Shown: in pieces, positions 28,851 through 41,440 of the stretch
Position numbering within the stretch: the first letter of the stretch is position 1
Layout: each line of letters begins with the position of its first letter
Assembly: GCA_947175205.1 (NCBI GenBank)
Contig: CAMWLS010000005.1
Span: forward strand, 5,209 to 69,208
DNA length: 64,000 nucleotides
Direction of reading: 5' to 3'
From: an uncultured Porphyromonadaceae bacterium
GTDB taxonomy: Bacteria > Bacteroidota > Bacteroidia > Bacteroidales > Muribaculaceae
The notes under the pieces: model-generated
What the model was told of the DNA's origin: nothing
What the model saw: only the letters and a program-made list of their open reading frames with translations
Database searches by the model: none
Position numbers and translations under genes: made by a program

Positions 28851-31103
28851 GTGTCTTTAAAGAAACCTGATTTCTTCAGCGCAGTCAGCATGTGCGTGCT
28901 GACCATAATACTACTTACTTTCATTACCATACCGGCCGTTCAGGGTTATCTGAGCGGGTACTCATACGGTGATGTGGTGATGCAGGTCATTCCCTTCCTG
29001 ATGGACATGAAACGTACCATCTCAGAAGGTGTGCCATTATGGACCTGGAATCAGTTCACGGGTGACAGCTTTCCGGGAATTTACGGTTATTACGGGCTTG
29101 GTTCTCCCATAACATGGCCCGTTCTTCTGCTCCCTTATACACTTATACCTGCAGGTGTTGTCTTTATAGTTTACGTAAAGGCCATACTGTCCGCCCTGAC
29201 CATGCGCTGGTATCTGCGCCTGATGGGTGTAAAGCGCCGTGAAGCCGCCATAGGAGGCCTGATGTATGTTTTCAGCAGCACTTGGCTGATGACCTTATTC
29301 TATCTCATCTTTACTGATGCTTATATTCTTTTTCCCCTGCTTCTTGGGACAATAGAGCTGATTTTCAGAAAACATAAGAATGGCTGGATATGGGCCACGC
29401 TTACTGTTTGCGTGTACTGCACAAGTAATTTCTATATGGCATTCCACGCCGGAATTGGAGTTGTAATATATACACTGGTACGTCTGTTCAGTAAGGAGTA
29501 CAGAGCGCATTATCTTCAACTTTTGTTTAGAGTTGCCGGGGCCGGTATTCTGGGAATAATGCTTTCAGCGTTTTTTGCGCTGCCGGTGTTGCTGCATGCG
29601 CTTCAGAGTCCCAGAACACTGCTGTCAGGAGGTAGTCTGTCATTGTGGGAGGCAATAATATTGTTTGGTGTACGCACTTTCTACACCTTTGTCCCGCGAC
29701 TTAACGAGGGTCTTCCCATAACACTCCCCACTGCAAACGTCACCTCCATGGGCTTCTGGATTCCCGTTACAGGTGTGTTAACGGCCCTTCTGTATATGAT
29801 ACGTAACCGGAAAGATACGCTGAGTATTTTCACCGCCCTCATGTACATAAGCATGTACACACCTCTGAGTGCCATATATAACGGCGTAAGCAGCTACGGA
29901 TATCTCAGAGGCGGATTTCTCTTTGCCGTACCCACCATTCTTCTGAGTCTGCTATATTTACAGAAGTACGGAAACCCGGGAAAGAAGGCTTTGCTATGGT
30001 ACACAGCAGCGGCAATAACGGTGGTAGTGGGAATGAGATTCTCCGGCCAGTACTCCCGTGCAACGGAAGAGTGCTGGATTTGGGCCGAGTACCTACTGGC
30101 TGCATGCTCCATTGCATCCATGTGGGTGATGTTTTCCGGGAAATACAGCGTCCGCCGCCTGTTGTATGTGTGCATAGGGATGATTGCCGTCTATACCCTA
30201 ATTGCCGGCAAGGCCATGAGCACGGGTAGTAAGCAGGACTTCTATCATTGGGATTCAAATCTTCACAGACCGGTTATTCCGGATCAGGCACCGGAATATG
30301 TCCGTTCCCGGGAAGTAGGCTTCCATAACTCAGCTTTCACTTACAATTCCGGCAGAGCGCTCCGTGTCCCTACTCCTTACTTCTTTAACAGCGTTTCCAG
30401 TGAAGCGACTGTCAAACTTCTGGACGGAGCGTGTGTGAGGAGCTCGTGGCCGCTGGAAGCAGAACCTGAATATGTGGATGCTTTCCTCTCAGTCAAGAAT
30501 CATATCACTATAGATGACAAAGACCGGATAATATGCACTGACGCACCCAATTACGTACCCATGGGTATGGCTTATGACCGTTATTACTATGCTGACGAAC
30601 TGCCGGGCAGGAGGGATATATACTGTGACAGAGGTGTGCGGTTTATGCTGGCGGCTCTTGAGCTGGAGGATTCCATACCAGAAGATTTAAAACCATATCT
30701 GGAGAAATGGACTCCGGAACTCCCGCTTATTCCCCAGATGGATTCCATAATAAACCAGAGGCGCATACATACTTTCAACCGGTTTATCATGGATACCCGG
30801 GGTTTCACAGCAACAGTAGCGGCTCCTGACACCGCAGTATATATGATTTCCGTACCGCCTGACCCGGGTTTCTCAGCTACTATAGACAGCAAGCCCCTGC
30901 CGTTCTATAAGGTAAGCCGCGGAATGACGGCTGTCCTTATACCGGCAGGAGCACATACCTTACGTTTCACTTACATGCCACCCGGACTGAAAGCCGGATG
31001 CCTTGTAAGCGGGTTCGGTGTCTTAATTCTTATTATTTGTCTGAGCGTAAGAAGGGTCAAAAATAGAGTTAAGCAGGTGGGCCAGACGGAGCCCCCCGCG
31101 TAA
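28851..31103 (+). CDS. YfhO-family polytopic membrane glycosyltransferase (GT-C)
   Basis: Many TM helices; LWTWNQFTG; C-terminal PPDPGFSATID...IPAGAHTLRFTYMPPGL signature. Confidence 0.8.
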   Translation: MSLKKPDFFSAVSMCVLTIILLTFITIPAVQGYLSGYSYGDVVMQVIPFLMDMKRTISEGVPLWTWNQFTGDSFPGIYGYYGLGSPITWPVLLLPYTLIPAGVVFIVYVKAILSALTMRWYLRLMGVKRREAAIGGLMYVFSSTWLMTLFYLIFTDAYILFPLLLGTIELIFRKHKNGWIWATLTVCVYCTSNFYMAFHAGIGVVIYTLVRLFSKEYRAHYLQLLFRVAGAGILGIMLSAFFALPVLLHALQSPRTLLSGGSLSLWEAIILFGVRTFYTFVPRLNEGLPITLPTANVTSMGFWIPVTGVLTALLYMIRNRKDTLSIFTALMYISMYTPLSAIYNGVSSYGYLRGGFLFAVPTILLSLLYLQKYGNPGKKALLWYTAAAITVVVGMRFSGQYSRATEECWIWAEYLLAACSIASMWVMFSGKYSVRRLLYVCIGMIAVYTLIAGKAMSTGSKQDFYHWDSNLHRPVIPDQAPEYVRSREVGFHNSAFTYNSGRALRVPTPYFFNSVSSEATVKLLDGACVRSSWPLEAEPEYVDAFLSVKNHITIDDKDRIICTDAPNYVPMGMAYDRYYYADELPGRRDIYCDRGVRFMLAALELEDSIPEDLKPYLEKWTPELPLIPQMDSIINQRRIHTFNRFIMDTRGFTATVAAPDTAVYMISVPPDPGFSATIDSKPLPFYKVSRGMTAVLIPAGAHTLRFTYMPPGLKAGCLVSGFGVLILIICLSVRRVKNRVKQVGQTEPPA

Positions 31104-31826
31104 GAGCTGCTGTTCAATAATGGGTGTCCAGCGGGCAATCTGGTCATATGAGACGTTGGTTCCCGGCTGGAAATAAACATAAATTTCCGATGCAATATCA
31201 GCTGACTGACGCGCCCAGTCATCCACCGTACCGTTTATCTCCACTGCTTCTTTATCCGGGGAAAGACGGTCCAGCTGCTGCTGCCATTCAGTGAAGCTCC
31301 ATTTATGGGCGCTTTCCACAAGGTTTGTGTCCCATATGCCATGAAGATTTGCATCCCGGCCAAAGAACTTTACTTTAATCCTATTACCTCCCAGATCAGT
31401 GGCATGTCCCATGTGCATGGGCTGGTGAAGGTCACCCATTACATGAACAAGAATCCTGAGGGCCAACACGCGATCAGCCAGAGCCGTCTCAGGAGACTCC
31501 AGCATCTCAACCCGTGATTTTATGGCCGTAACGGCATCTCCGGCTGGATTAGCGGGCATGTCATAGTAAGTACGGTCAGCATCAATATTCTTGTAATGCC
31601 AGGTCTTGGTATAGGCAAACTCACGGTTATGGCTTGCGTTGTCAAGCCAGTTTGCCCAATATACCATGGAACGGCCGTCAAGAAGAGAGTCAACGGCACG
31701 GCGAGTGGCCGGAGTGAGGTGCTGTTCAGCTATATAGGTCACCACATCATGGCCTTTCTGTCCCCAGCCAAAGGCTGAAAGGGAAATCAGAGCCACGCAT
31801 AAAGATAAAAGGAATCTTTTTTTCAT
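31023..31826 (-). CDS. S1/P1 nuclease
   Basis: WGQKGH, WHY, HVMGDLHQPMH, LHGIWD. Confidence 0.95.
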   Translation of the reverse strand: MKKRFLLSLCVALISLSAFGWGQKGHDVVTYIAEQHLTPATRRAVDSLLDGRSMVYWANWLDNASHNREFAYTKTWHYKNIDADRTYYDMPANPAGDAVTAIKSRVEMLESPETALADRVLALRILVHVMGDLHQPMHMGHATDLGGNRIKVKFFGRDANLHGIWDTNLVESAHKWSFTEWQQQLDRLSPDKEAVEINGTVDDWARQSADIASEIYVYFQPGTNVSYDQIARWTPIIEQQLLRGGLRLAHLLNSIFDPSYAQTNNKN

Positions 31827-31910
31827 GATTTATGTTTTCATTTTACATGCAAATATAAACAAAATCATCAAGAGCCGATTCAACAATATATGTTAAACCG
31901 GCACTAAGAC

Positions 31911-32480
31911 TCACTTAATTGAGCTTCCGTAAGTGTTATAATGGACTTTACCGGGCTGCCATTTATCCATGGGGGCGTGGTCAGCAAGGGGATATCCCAC
32001 GGGAATGAGGTTAAAGGGGATAATGTCATCCGGAATATCAAGAATATTCTTCACTACCTTAATGCGGTCAGAGTGCGGATAAAGACAGGTCCAGACACCG
32101 CCGAGGCCCAGAGCGTGGGAGGCAAGCAGAATATTTTCAGACGCGGCGGACAAATCCTGAATCCATAAGGTGGAATCCTCATCTTCAAGAAAGCGCTTAC
32201 TGTTTCCACAAACCACAATGGCAACGGGTGCACGGGCGGTCATCTTGGCATATGGAAGTCCCTCTGCCAGAGCCACAAGCAGTGATTTATCTCTCACAAT
32301 TATAAATTCCCAGGGCTGTCTGTTCACGCCGGTGGGAGCGCTCATGGCTGCGTGCAGAATGGCATCAATCTGCCACGGTTGTAGAGCCTGTTCTGTGAAA
32401 CGACGTACGCTGGTACGGGTTATAATATTGGAGTATGCGGCGTTTTGTGCCGCCAGATTTTTTAATATTTCATTATCCAT
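31911..32480 (-). CDS. Nitroreductase family protein
   Basis: RTSVRRF, APTGVNRQPW, GLGGVW. Confidence 0.92.
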   Translation of the reverse strand: MDNEILKNLAAQNAAYSNIITRTSVRRFTEQALQPWQIDAILHAAMSAPTGVNRQPWEFIIVRDKSLLVALAEGLPYAKMTARAPVAIVVCGNSKRFLEDEDSTLWIQDLSAASENILLASHALGLGGVWTCLYPHSDRIKVVKNILDIPDDIIPFNLIPVGYPLADHAPMDKWQPGKVHYNTYGSSIK

Positions 32481-32512
32481 ATCTCAGCAAATTATGAAGG
32501 GATTAAAATCAG

Positions 32513-32554
32513 TGAACCGGTGTCACCCGCGCTATGCTCTGTGACACCGGTTCA
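32513..32554. repeat. Perfect 14-bp inverted repeat (hairpin or weak terminator)
   Basis: TGAACCGGTGTCAC-N14-GTGACACCGGTTCA. Confidence 0.8.
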
Positions 32555-32575
32555 TAGATATTTTCAGAAATTAAA

Positions 32576-33157
32576 TCAGTAATTGGATGCCTTGCGTTCA
32601 AACCAGCCCTGATCAGCGCCACATACGGGACAGCGCATGGGTGCATTCTTGGCTTCTACAGTGTAACCGCAACGACGACACATCCACTCAACGGGCTCAG
32701 GATTACTGAATTCCATACCGTTTTCCAGCCGCTCCAGCAGCTTGAGGTATCTCTGCTCATGCATAACCTCAACTTTAGCCACCAGCTTGAAAACATTGGC
32801 AATATGGGGGAAACCTTCCTCCTGAGCCACCTGAGCAAAGTTTTCATAAAGGTTACTCCACTCCTCGCGCTCACCGGCAGCGGCCTCAGCAAGATTAGTC
32901 TTGGTGTCACCCACGACGCCGGCAGGATATGCGGCCTTGATTTCCACCGAGCCTCCCTCAAGGAGTGAGAAGAACTGGCGTGCATGGCTGAGTTCCTGTT
33001 CTGCTGTCTGATAAAAAATAGCGGCAATCTGCTCATATCCCTCCTCACGGGCTTTGTCCCCAAAGAGGGTGTAACGTGAACGAGCCTGGCTTTCGCCTGC
33101 AAATGACGCTAAAAGATTATGTTCAGTGCGGGTTCCTTTAATGCTTTTCTTTTCCAT
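32576..33157 (-). CDS. rbr: Rubrerythrin
   Basis: GESQARSRY, EQELSH, EVMH, C-terminal CRRC...CPVC. Confidence 0.95.
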   Translation of the reverse strand: MEKKSIKGTRTEHNLLASFAGESQARSRYTLFGDKAREEGYEQIAAIFYQTAEQELSHARQFFSLLEGGSVEIKAAYPAGVVGDTKTNLAEAAAGEREEWSNLYENFAQVAQEEGFPHIANVFKLVAKVEVMHEQRYLKLLERLENGMEFSNPEPVEWMCRRCGYTVEAKNAPMRCPVCGADQGWFERKASNY

Positions 33158-33221
33158 ATCCGTATATTTATTTGTTATTTCGCAATTAGTTTAAGTCTGT
33201 GATGTCCTTCCAGTCATCACC

Positions 33222-33267
33222 TAAAAGAACAACCGCAGCGCAAGGAAAGTTCACCCTGCGCTGCGGT
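33222..33267 (-). terminator. Intrinsic terminator of the PFOR gene
   Basis: ACCGCAGCGCA...TGCGCTGCGGT hairpin followed by TGTTCTTTT on the minus strand. Confidence 0.8.
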
Positions 33268-33300
33268 ATATGAGCGTTAAAAATTATTTATCTGATGTTA

Positions 33301-36888
<3,588 letters not shown>

Positions 36889-37236
36889 AGATAGTAATGG
36901 TAAATATATTAAAGTTTGTGTTTGTTTTCAAACAACAGTGCGGACACACCGCACACCGCGTGCAAAATTACTGAAAAAATACATTAAAACCTACAAGCCC
37001 GCAATAATTTAATGGCAAAAATTCACCGCGGCCCATAAAGACGCTTCCCCGGCAAAAGACGCCAACCTCCAACTGACCCCAAGCAAACGATTATTAAATA
37101 TCCAGAGGACATTTTTAAAACTATTTTAGCAAATCTAAAATAATACGCTAAATTTGCAGCCTTATCAGGCCAAGTGCTTAAATACCGGAATATAACCGTA
37201 TCAACACCAAGAAATACTCCCATTTAACCATACATT

Positions 37237-38991
37237 ATGAAATGTCTACGCAACTTTACAATTCTTCTGCTTCTTCTGTCACTCTGCGGAATGACCTCCT
37301 GCAATAATAGTCATCACAAAATACTTGACCGCGCTGCGTCTCTGATGGAAACTCATCCGGATTCAGCTTTAATGATGCTTAGACTAATTGATAAATCTGA
37401 ACTCAATTCAAAAAAGGAACAGGCGAGATATGCATTGCTTATGTCTATGGCGCTTGATAAAAATTATATTGACACAACTAGCTTTGATATACTTCAGCCG
37501 GCCATAGATTATTACATTGAAAATGGCACCCCGGATGAAAAATTACGCACCTACTATTACCAAGGAGTAATTTACCATAATCGTGGAGACCGAGAGAACG
37601 CGCTAAATTCATATTATAAAGGTCTGGATATGTCTCATAAATGTAGTGATTCCCTTACAATAGCCCGTGCCCTTGTAGCTCAGAGTTTAATCTACAATAG
37701 TTTCTATGATTTTGACAGCTATATTAGTTGCAATTTAACCGCTGCTAATATATTTAAAAAGTTAGGCAGAAGGAGGTATGAAATTGAATGTCTTCTTAAT
37801 ACACTTACCGGAGCTATTCTTACAGAAAATAAAAGTCTTGGAGACGATATCTTAACATATTTACAAACGTTTCAATCCATGGACAATGATCAAAAAAGAG
37901 CATTAACAAGACGTAAAATCTCAATGGCTATAAAATTTGGTTCAAAGGATGAAATCAAAAACCTCATTTCTTTACAAGAGTTGAATCTGAGCTCTCAGAA
38001 TGACGTACTTAATCTTGCTCTTGCGTATACAAAAATAGGGGAACATGAAAAATGTCTGCAACTATTAGATTCTCTTAAATCTGAAAGAGCACCTTACGAT
38101 ACGCTCAGATTACTTTCCATTTCAGAACCTGCCTATGAAGGGTTAGGTAAGTATGACGCGGCATTATCTCACTATAAGTTATTCAGCCAAATACAGGATT
38201 CAATCAATCTGATTAAATTTAAGCAAAAATCACAAACCATTGAAGAAAAACATCAACTTGAACTCAAAGGCCAACGTGATGCCCAGCTTAAATCACGAAT
38301 AATATGGGGCTGTGCAGGAGGAATTGCAGTCCTTGCTATGGGTATAGGAATTTTGTTTTTATTAGTAGGTAGTAATAAAGCTAAAAAGGAACTTGCACTT
38401 GAAAAAGTTAGGACACGAGAGTCCGAGAATGCAAGACTTAAGTCAGAGAAAGATAACTTAGCCATGGAAAATAAGAATCTCCAACTGGAACGAGATATGA
38501 AAGCTCTTGAAGCAGAGAATTTATCTCATAGAGTGACTGCGCTTGAAAATGAAAGTGAATGTCTCAAAGCACTTATAGGAGACAAGAGGGAACTACCTCT
38601 TGAGGTTCAGAATGAAATAAAAGTTCGGATTGAGATGCTAAACTCCTTACTGGCAAGTTACATCACCAATAATAACCAATTTGAAAAATCTTATGACATT
38701 TGGATTAAAGAAATTACTGATAATAAGGTAAAATTCATGAATTCCAACAGACTCGCATTTCAGGTTTCCCATCCGCGTTTTATACAATATTTTGAAGATC
38801 ACGGCTTGACTATAAATGAAATAAATTACGTTTGCCTTTACGCTATTGGCTTACGAGGAAAGGATGTGGGTAATTACATAAATAAACCTGGCCATGTTAA
38901 CACCAGTAGTGCAATCAGAAAGAAATTAGGCATAGATAAGCATGAGACTAACATAGGTATCTATGTACGGAAGCTTTTAAAGAGTTTATAA
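37237..38991 (+). CDS. Membrane-spanning TPR sensor / LuxR-like HTH transcriptional regulator
   Basis: Lipobox GMTSC, TPR helices, TM IIWGCAGGIAVLAMGIGILFLLVG, coiled coil, C-terminal HTH LTINEINYVCLYAIGL...IRKKLGI. Confidence 0.8.
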   Translation: MKCLRNFTILLLLLSLCGMTSCNNSHHKILDRAASLMETHPDSALMMLRLIDKSELNSKKEQARYALLMSMALDKNYIDTTSFDILQPAIDYYIENGTPDEKLRTYYYQGVIYHNRGDRENALNSYYKGLDMSHKCSDSLTIARALVAQSLIYNSFYDFDSYISCNLTAANIFKKLGRRRYEIECLLNTLTGAILTENKSLGDDILTYLQTFQSMDNDQKRALTRRKISMAIKFGSKDEIKNLISLQELNLSSQNDVLNLALAYTKIGEHEKCLQLLDSLKSERAPYDTLRLLSISEPAYEGLGKYDAALSHYKLFSQIQDSINLIKFKQKSQTIEEKHQLELKGQRDAQLKSRIIWGCAGGIAVLAMGIGILFLLVGSNKAKKELALEKVRTRESENARLKSEKDNLAMENKNLQLERDMKALEAENLSHRVTALENESECLKALIGDKRELPLEVQNEIKVRIEMLNSLLASYITNNNQFEKSYDIWIKEITDNKVKFMNSNRLAFQVSHPRFIQYFEDHGLTINEINYVCLYAIGLRGKDVGNYINKPGHVNTSSAIRKKLGIDKHETNIGIYVRKLLKSL

Positions 38992-39228
38992 GCCCTCTCT
39001 TTCGTTACTATAAAAGTGGAAACTACTTCCAAAACAGCATTTAAGCCTCTTAATATGAAAGTACATAATAAGAGTTTCAAGAATAATAATCATAAATAAG
39101 TTAACCCGCTGATTCAGTGCAACTTGCATTTATTAAAGTTTTTTAATTATGAAACTTTTTATTGTATACGTGAAAGTATTGTTCTGTAATATTGCATCAT
39201 CCAAACCAAAAAAGAAACCTATTTTAAT

Positions 39229-39603
39229 ATGAGAAAATTCTTTGCCCCAATTATTGCAATGATTGTAGCCGCATCCAATGCACTGGCTGAAACTCCTGAC
39301 ACTTCCTCTCAGAGTATTTTACTTGAATGCACCTCACATAATGAGAATTCCGGTCGCCTACGTTCTCCTTTGTACCAAAACATTGTAGCATGTTACAATT
39401 CAGAAAGTAGTACAGTTGACATTTCGTACCAGGGTGAAGCAGAGGGAGAGGTATATATATTCAAAAACGAAATCTTGATAGGTTATGATTCCAACATCAA
39501 CACCTCTATTCCAATCCCGCCTAATCCTGGTACATACTCAATAATAATTATTGGGAGTAACTGGGAAGCGCATGGACAATTTCAATTGAAATTCTATCAT
39601 TGA
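39229..39603 (+). CDS. DUF3244-like small secreted Ig-fold protein
   Basis: Signal peptide; RLRSP; PGTYSIIIIGSNWEAHGQF; typical position behind this regulator class. Confidence 0.6.
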   Translation: MRKFFAPIIAMIVAASNALAETPDTSSQSILLECTSHNENSGRLRSPLYQNIVACYNSESSTVDISYQGEAEGEVYIFKNEILIGYDSNINTSIPIPPNPGTYSIIIIGSNWEAHGQFQLKFYH

Positions 39604-39706
39604 TGGACAATATTATTAAGTAATGATTAGGATAATCAATTATATCCTGAATTATCCAATGAAATTTGATGCTACCAACTGATTAATAACAAAAAAGAAT
39701 ATCACA

Positions 39707-39901
39707 ATGAAAAGATTCTCTATTGAAGCCCGAGAGTTACTTTCTGCCGAGGAACTATATAATATAAAAGCTGGTGATGGTGATAATAAACCTATAAATC
39801 CAGATATAGAAACATGTGGACTCTTTTGTACGAACTGCGTTCTTTGTATAACATGCACTTCTTGCAATACCAAGGCTATGGACGTAATAATTCTGCCTTG
39901 A
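39707..39901 (+). CDS. RiPP precursor peptide: double-Gly-type leader, six-Cys core
   Basis: LSAEELYNIKAG leader; Cys at 37, 41, 44, 47, 50 and 53; immediately upstream of the rSAM gene. Confidence 0.85.
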   Translation: MKRFSIEARELLSAEELYNIKAGDGDNKPINPDIETCGLFCTNCVLCITCTSCNTKAMDVIILP

Positions 39902-39959
39902 CAAGATTCAAATTAAAATTCATCAACGATAAATGTTTGCAATCGTGTAAAAGAACAAC

Positions 39960-41438
39960 ATGGATCAATTTATAACATTCAATCCGGATTATGTATTAAA
40001 ACCCGATGAAGGCAGAACCTTGGTCATGGCAACTTTAGTGGGTAGAAATAGGTTGAATGGAATATCTGATTCCTTTACCAACACTATCCATCCTATATAT
40101 GCAATGATATTAAGTTTTATTGATGGGAGAGAGTATTATGAATGTATTAACGAGGCTTCACAAATACTTGAAACGCCAAAAGAATTAATTGATGGATTCA
40201 TAAAAAAATTAGTAAATAACCCGCAACAAGTCTTTTTAAAGAGCGGAAATAAAATATCTGCTTTCCCGCCCAATACCATCATAACGATTCCATCAAAACA
40301 AGAAAATCATCGTTACAGTCCTGAGCTGTTTTCCTATTCAGAGGTAGACTTAAGTATGAGAAGACATCGCACTCCGTCACGTATAACCTTGATGGTTAAT
40401 AATGTTTGCCATACGAATTGCGTTTATTGCTATCAAGACAAAAGAAAGGTGGTCAAATGTACCATTCCTCTGAATCGTATCTTTAAACTAATTCAAGAAG
40501 CCCACGAACTGGATGTAAAATCTTTTGATGTTATTGGTGGCGAATTTTTTCTTTATGAACACTGGCGAGAAGTACTATGTAAATTAAGGGAATATGGATA
40601 TAATCCTTATCTTTCAACAAAAATTCCCTTATCGGAAGATGACATCAAATTCCTTTCAAAAACAAGAATTTGTGACTTGCAGATATCTCTTGATTCTTTA
40701 ATTGAAGAACATCTAATTCCGTCGCTTAAAGTAGCTCCCGGGTACGCGGATAAGATGATACACTCTCTTTATCTATTGGAACAATACAATATTCCCGTGA
40801 TGGTTCATTCTGTGCTATCAAAATATAATGATAGTATAAACGACATGAAATCGGTATATGAGATTATTAAGAACCTATCTAATCTGATAGATTGGCATGT
40901 TGTAAAAGGAGATGAATCTCTTTATTCTAAAGAAAATTATCAGAATATTAAAATAGACAGTTCCAGTCAGAATAGCATCATTGATTACCTGGAAGAACTT
41001 AAAAAAGAGGGAAAAGTTAAGATTCGTATACCTGAGAGAGTAATAGAAAACAGAGTTGCCCAAACTCATTTTTCCCCTAATCAACAACAATTAGTCAATT
41101 TTCTTCAGAGGCCATTCTGCAGCGGATTATATTCCTCTCTGTACATACTACCGGATGGCAATGTTACGATATGCGAGCAACTATATTGGAATAACAAATT
41201 TATAGTGGGGAATATTTTAGAACAGAACCTGAACGAGGTTTGGAATTCTGATAAAGCAAAAGACCTCTTTTATATTAAACAAGAGGATATTCCTACCGAT
41301 TCGCTTTGCCATTCTTGTAATTACTTTACAGTTTGTCGTAATACAAAACAAGTATGTTATAGAGAAATTATAAGGAAATATGGTTCAGACAAATGGTATT
41401 ATCCTGATACAAACTGTCCTTTTTCTAAATTAACTTAA
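39960..41438 (+). CDS. Radical SAM/SPASM peptide maturase with probable N-terminal RRE
   Basis: CHTNCVYC (CxxxCxxC), GGE, QISLD; SPASM Cx12Gx4C...Cx2Cx5Cx6Cx19C. Confidence 0.92.
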   Translation: MDQFITFNPDYVLKPDEGRTLVMATLVGRNRLNGISDSFTNTIHPIYAMILSFIDGREYYECINEASQILETPKELIDGFIKKLVNNPQQVFLKSGNKISAFPPNTIITIPSKQENHRYSPELFSYSEVDLSMRRHRTPSRITLMVNNVCHTNCVYCYQDKRKVVKCTIPLNRIFKLIQEAHELDVKSFDVIGGEFFLYEHWREVLCKLREYGYNPYLSTKIPLSEDDIKFLSKTRICDLQISLDSLIEEHLIPSLKVAPGYADKMIHSLYLLEQYNIPVMVHSVLSKYNDSINDMKSVYEIIKNLSNLIDWHVVKGDESLYSKENYQNIKIDSSSQNSIIDYLEELKKEGKVKIRIPERVIENRVAQTHFSPNQQQLVNFLQRPFCSGLYSSLYILPDGNVTICEQLYWNNKFIVGNILEQNLNEVWNSDKAKDLFYIKQEDIPTDSLCHSCNYFTVCRNTKQVCYREIIRKYGSDKWYYPDTNCPFSKLT

Positions 41439-41440
41439 TC

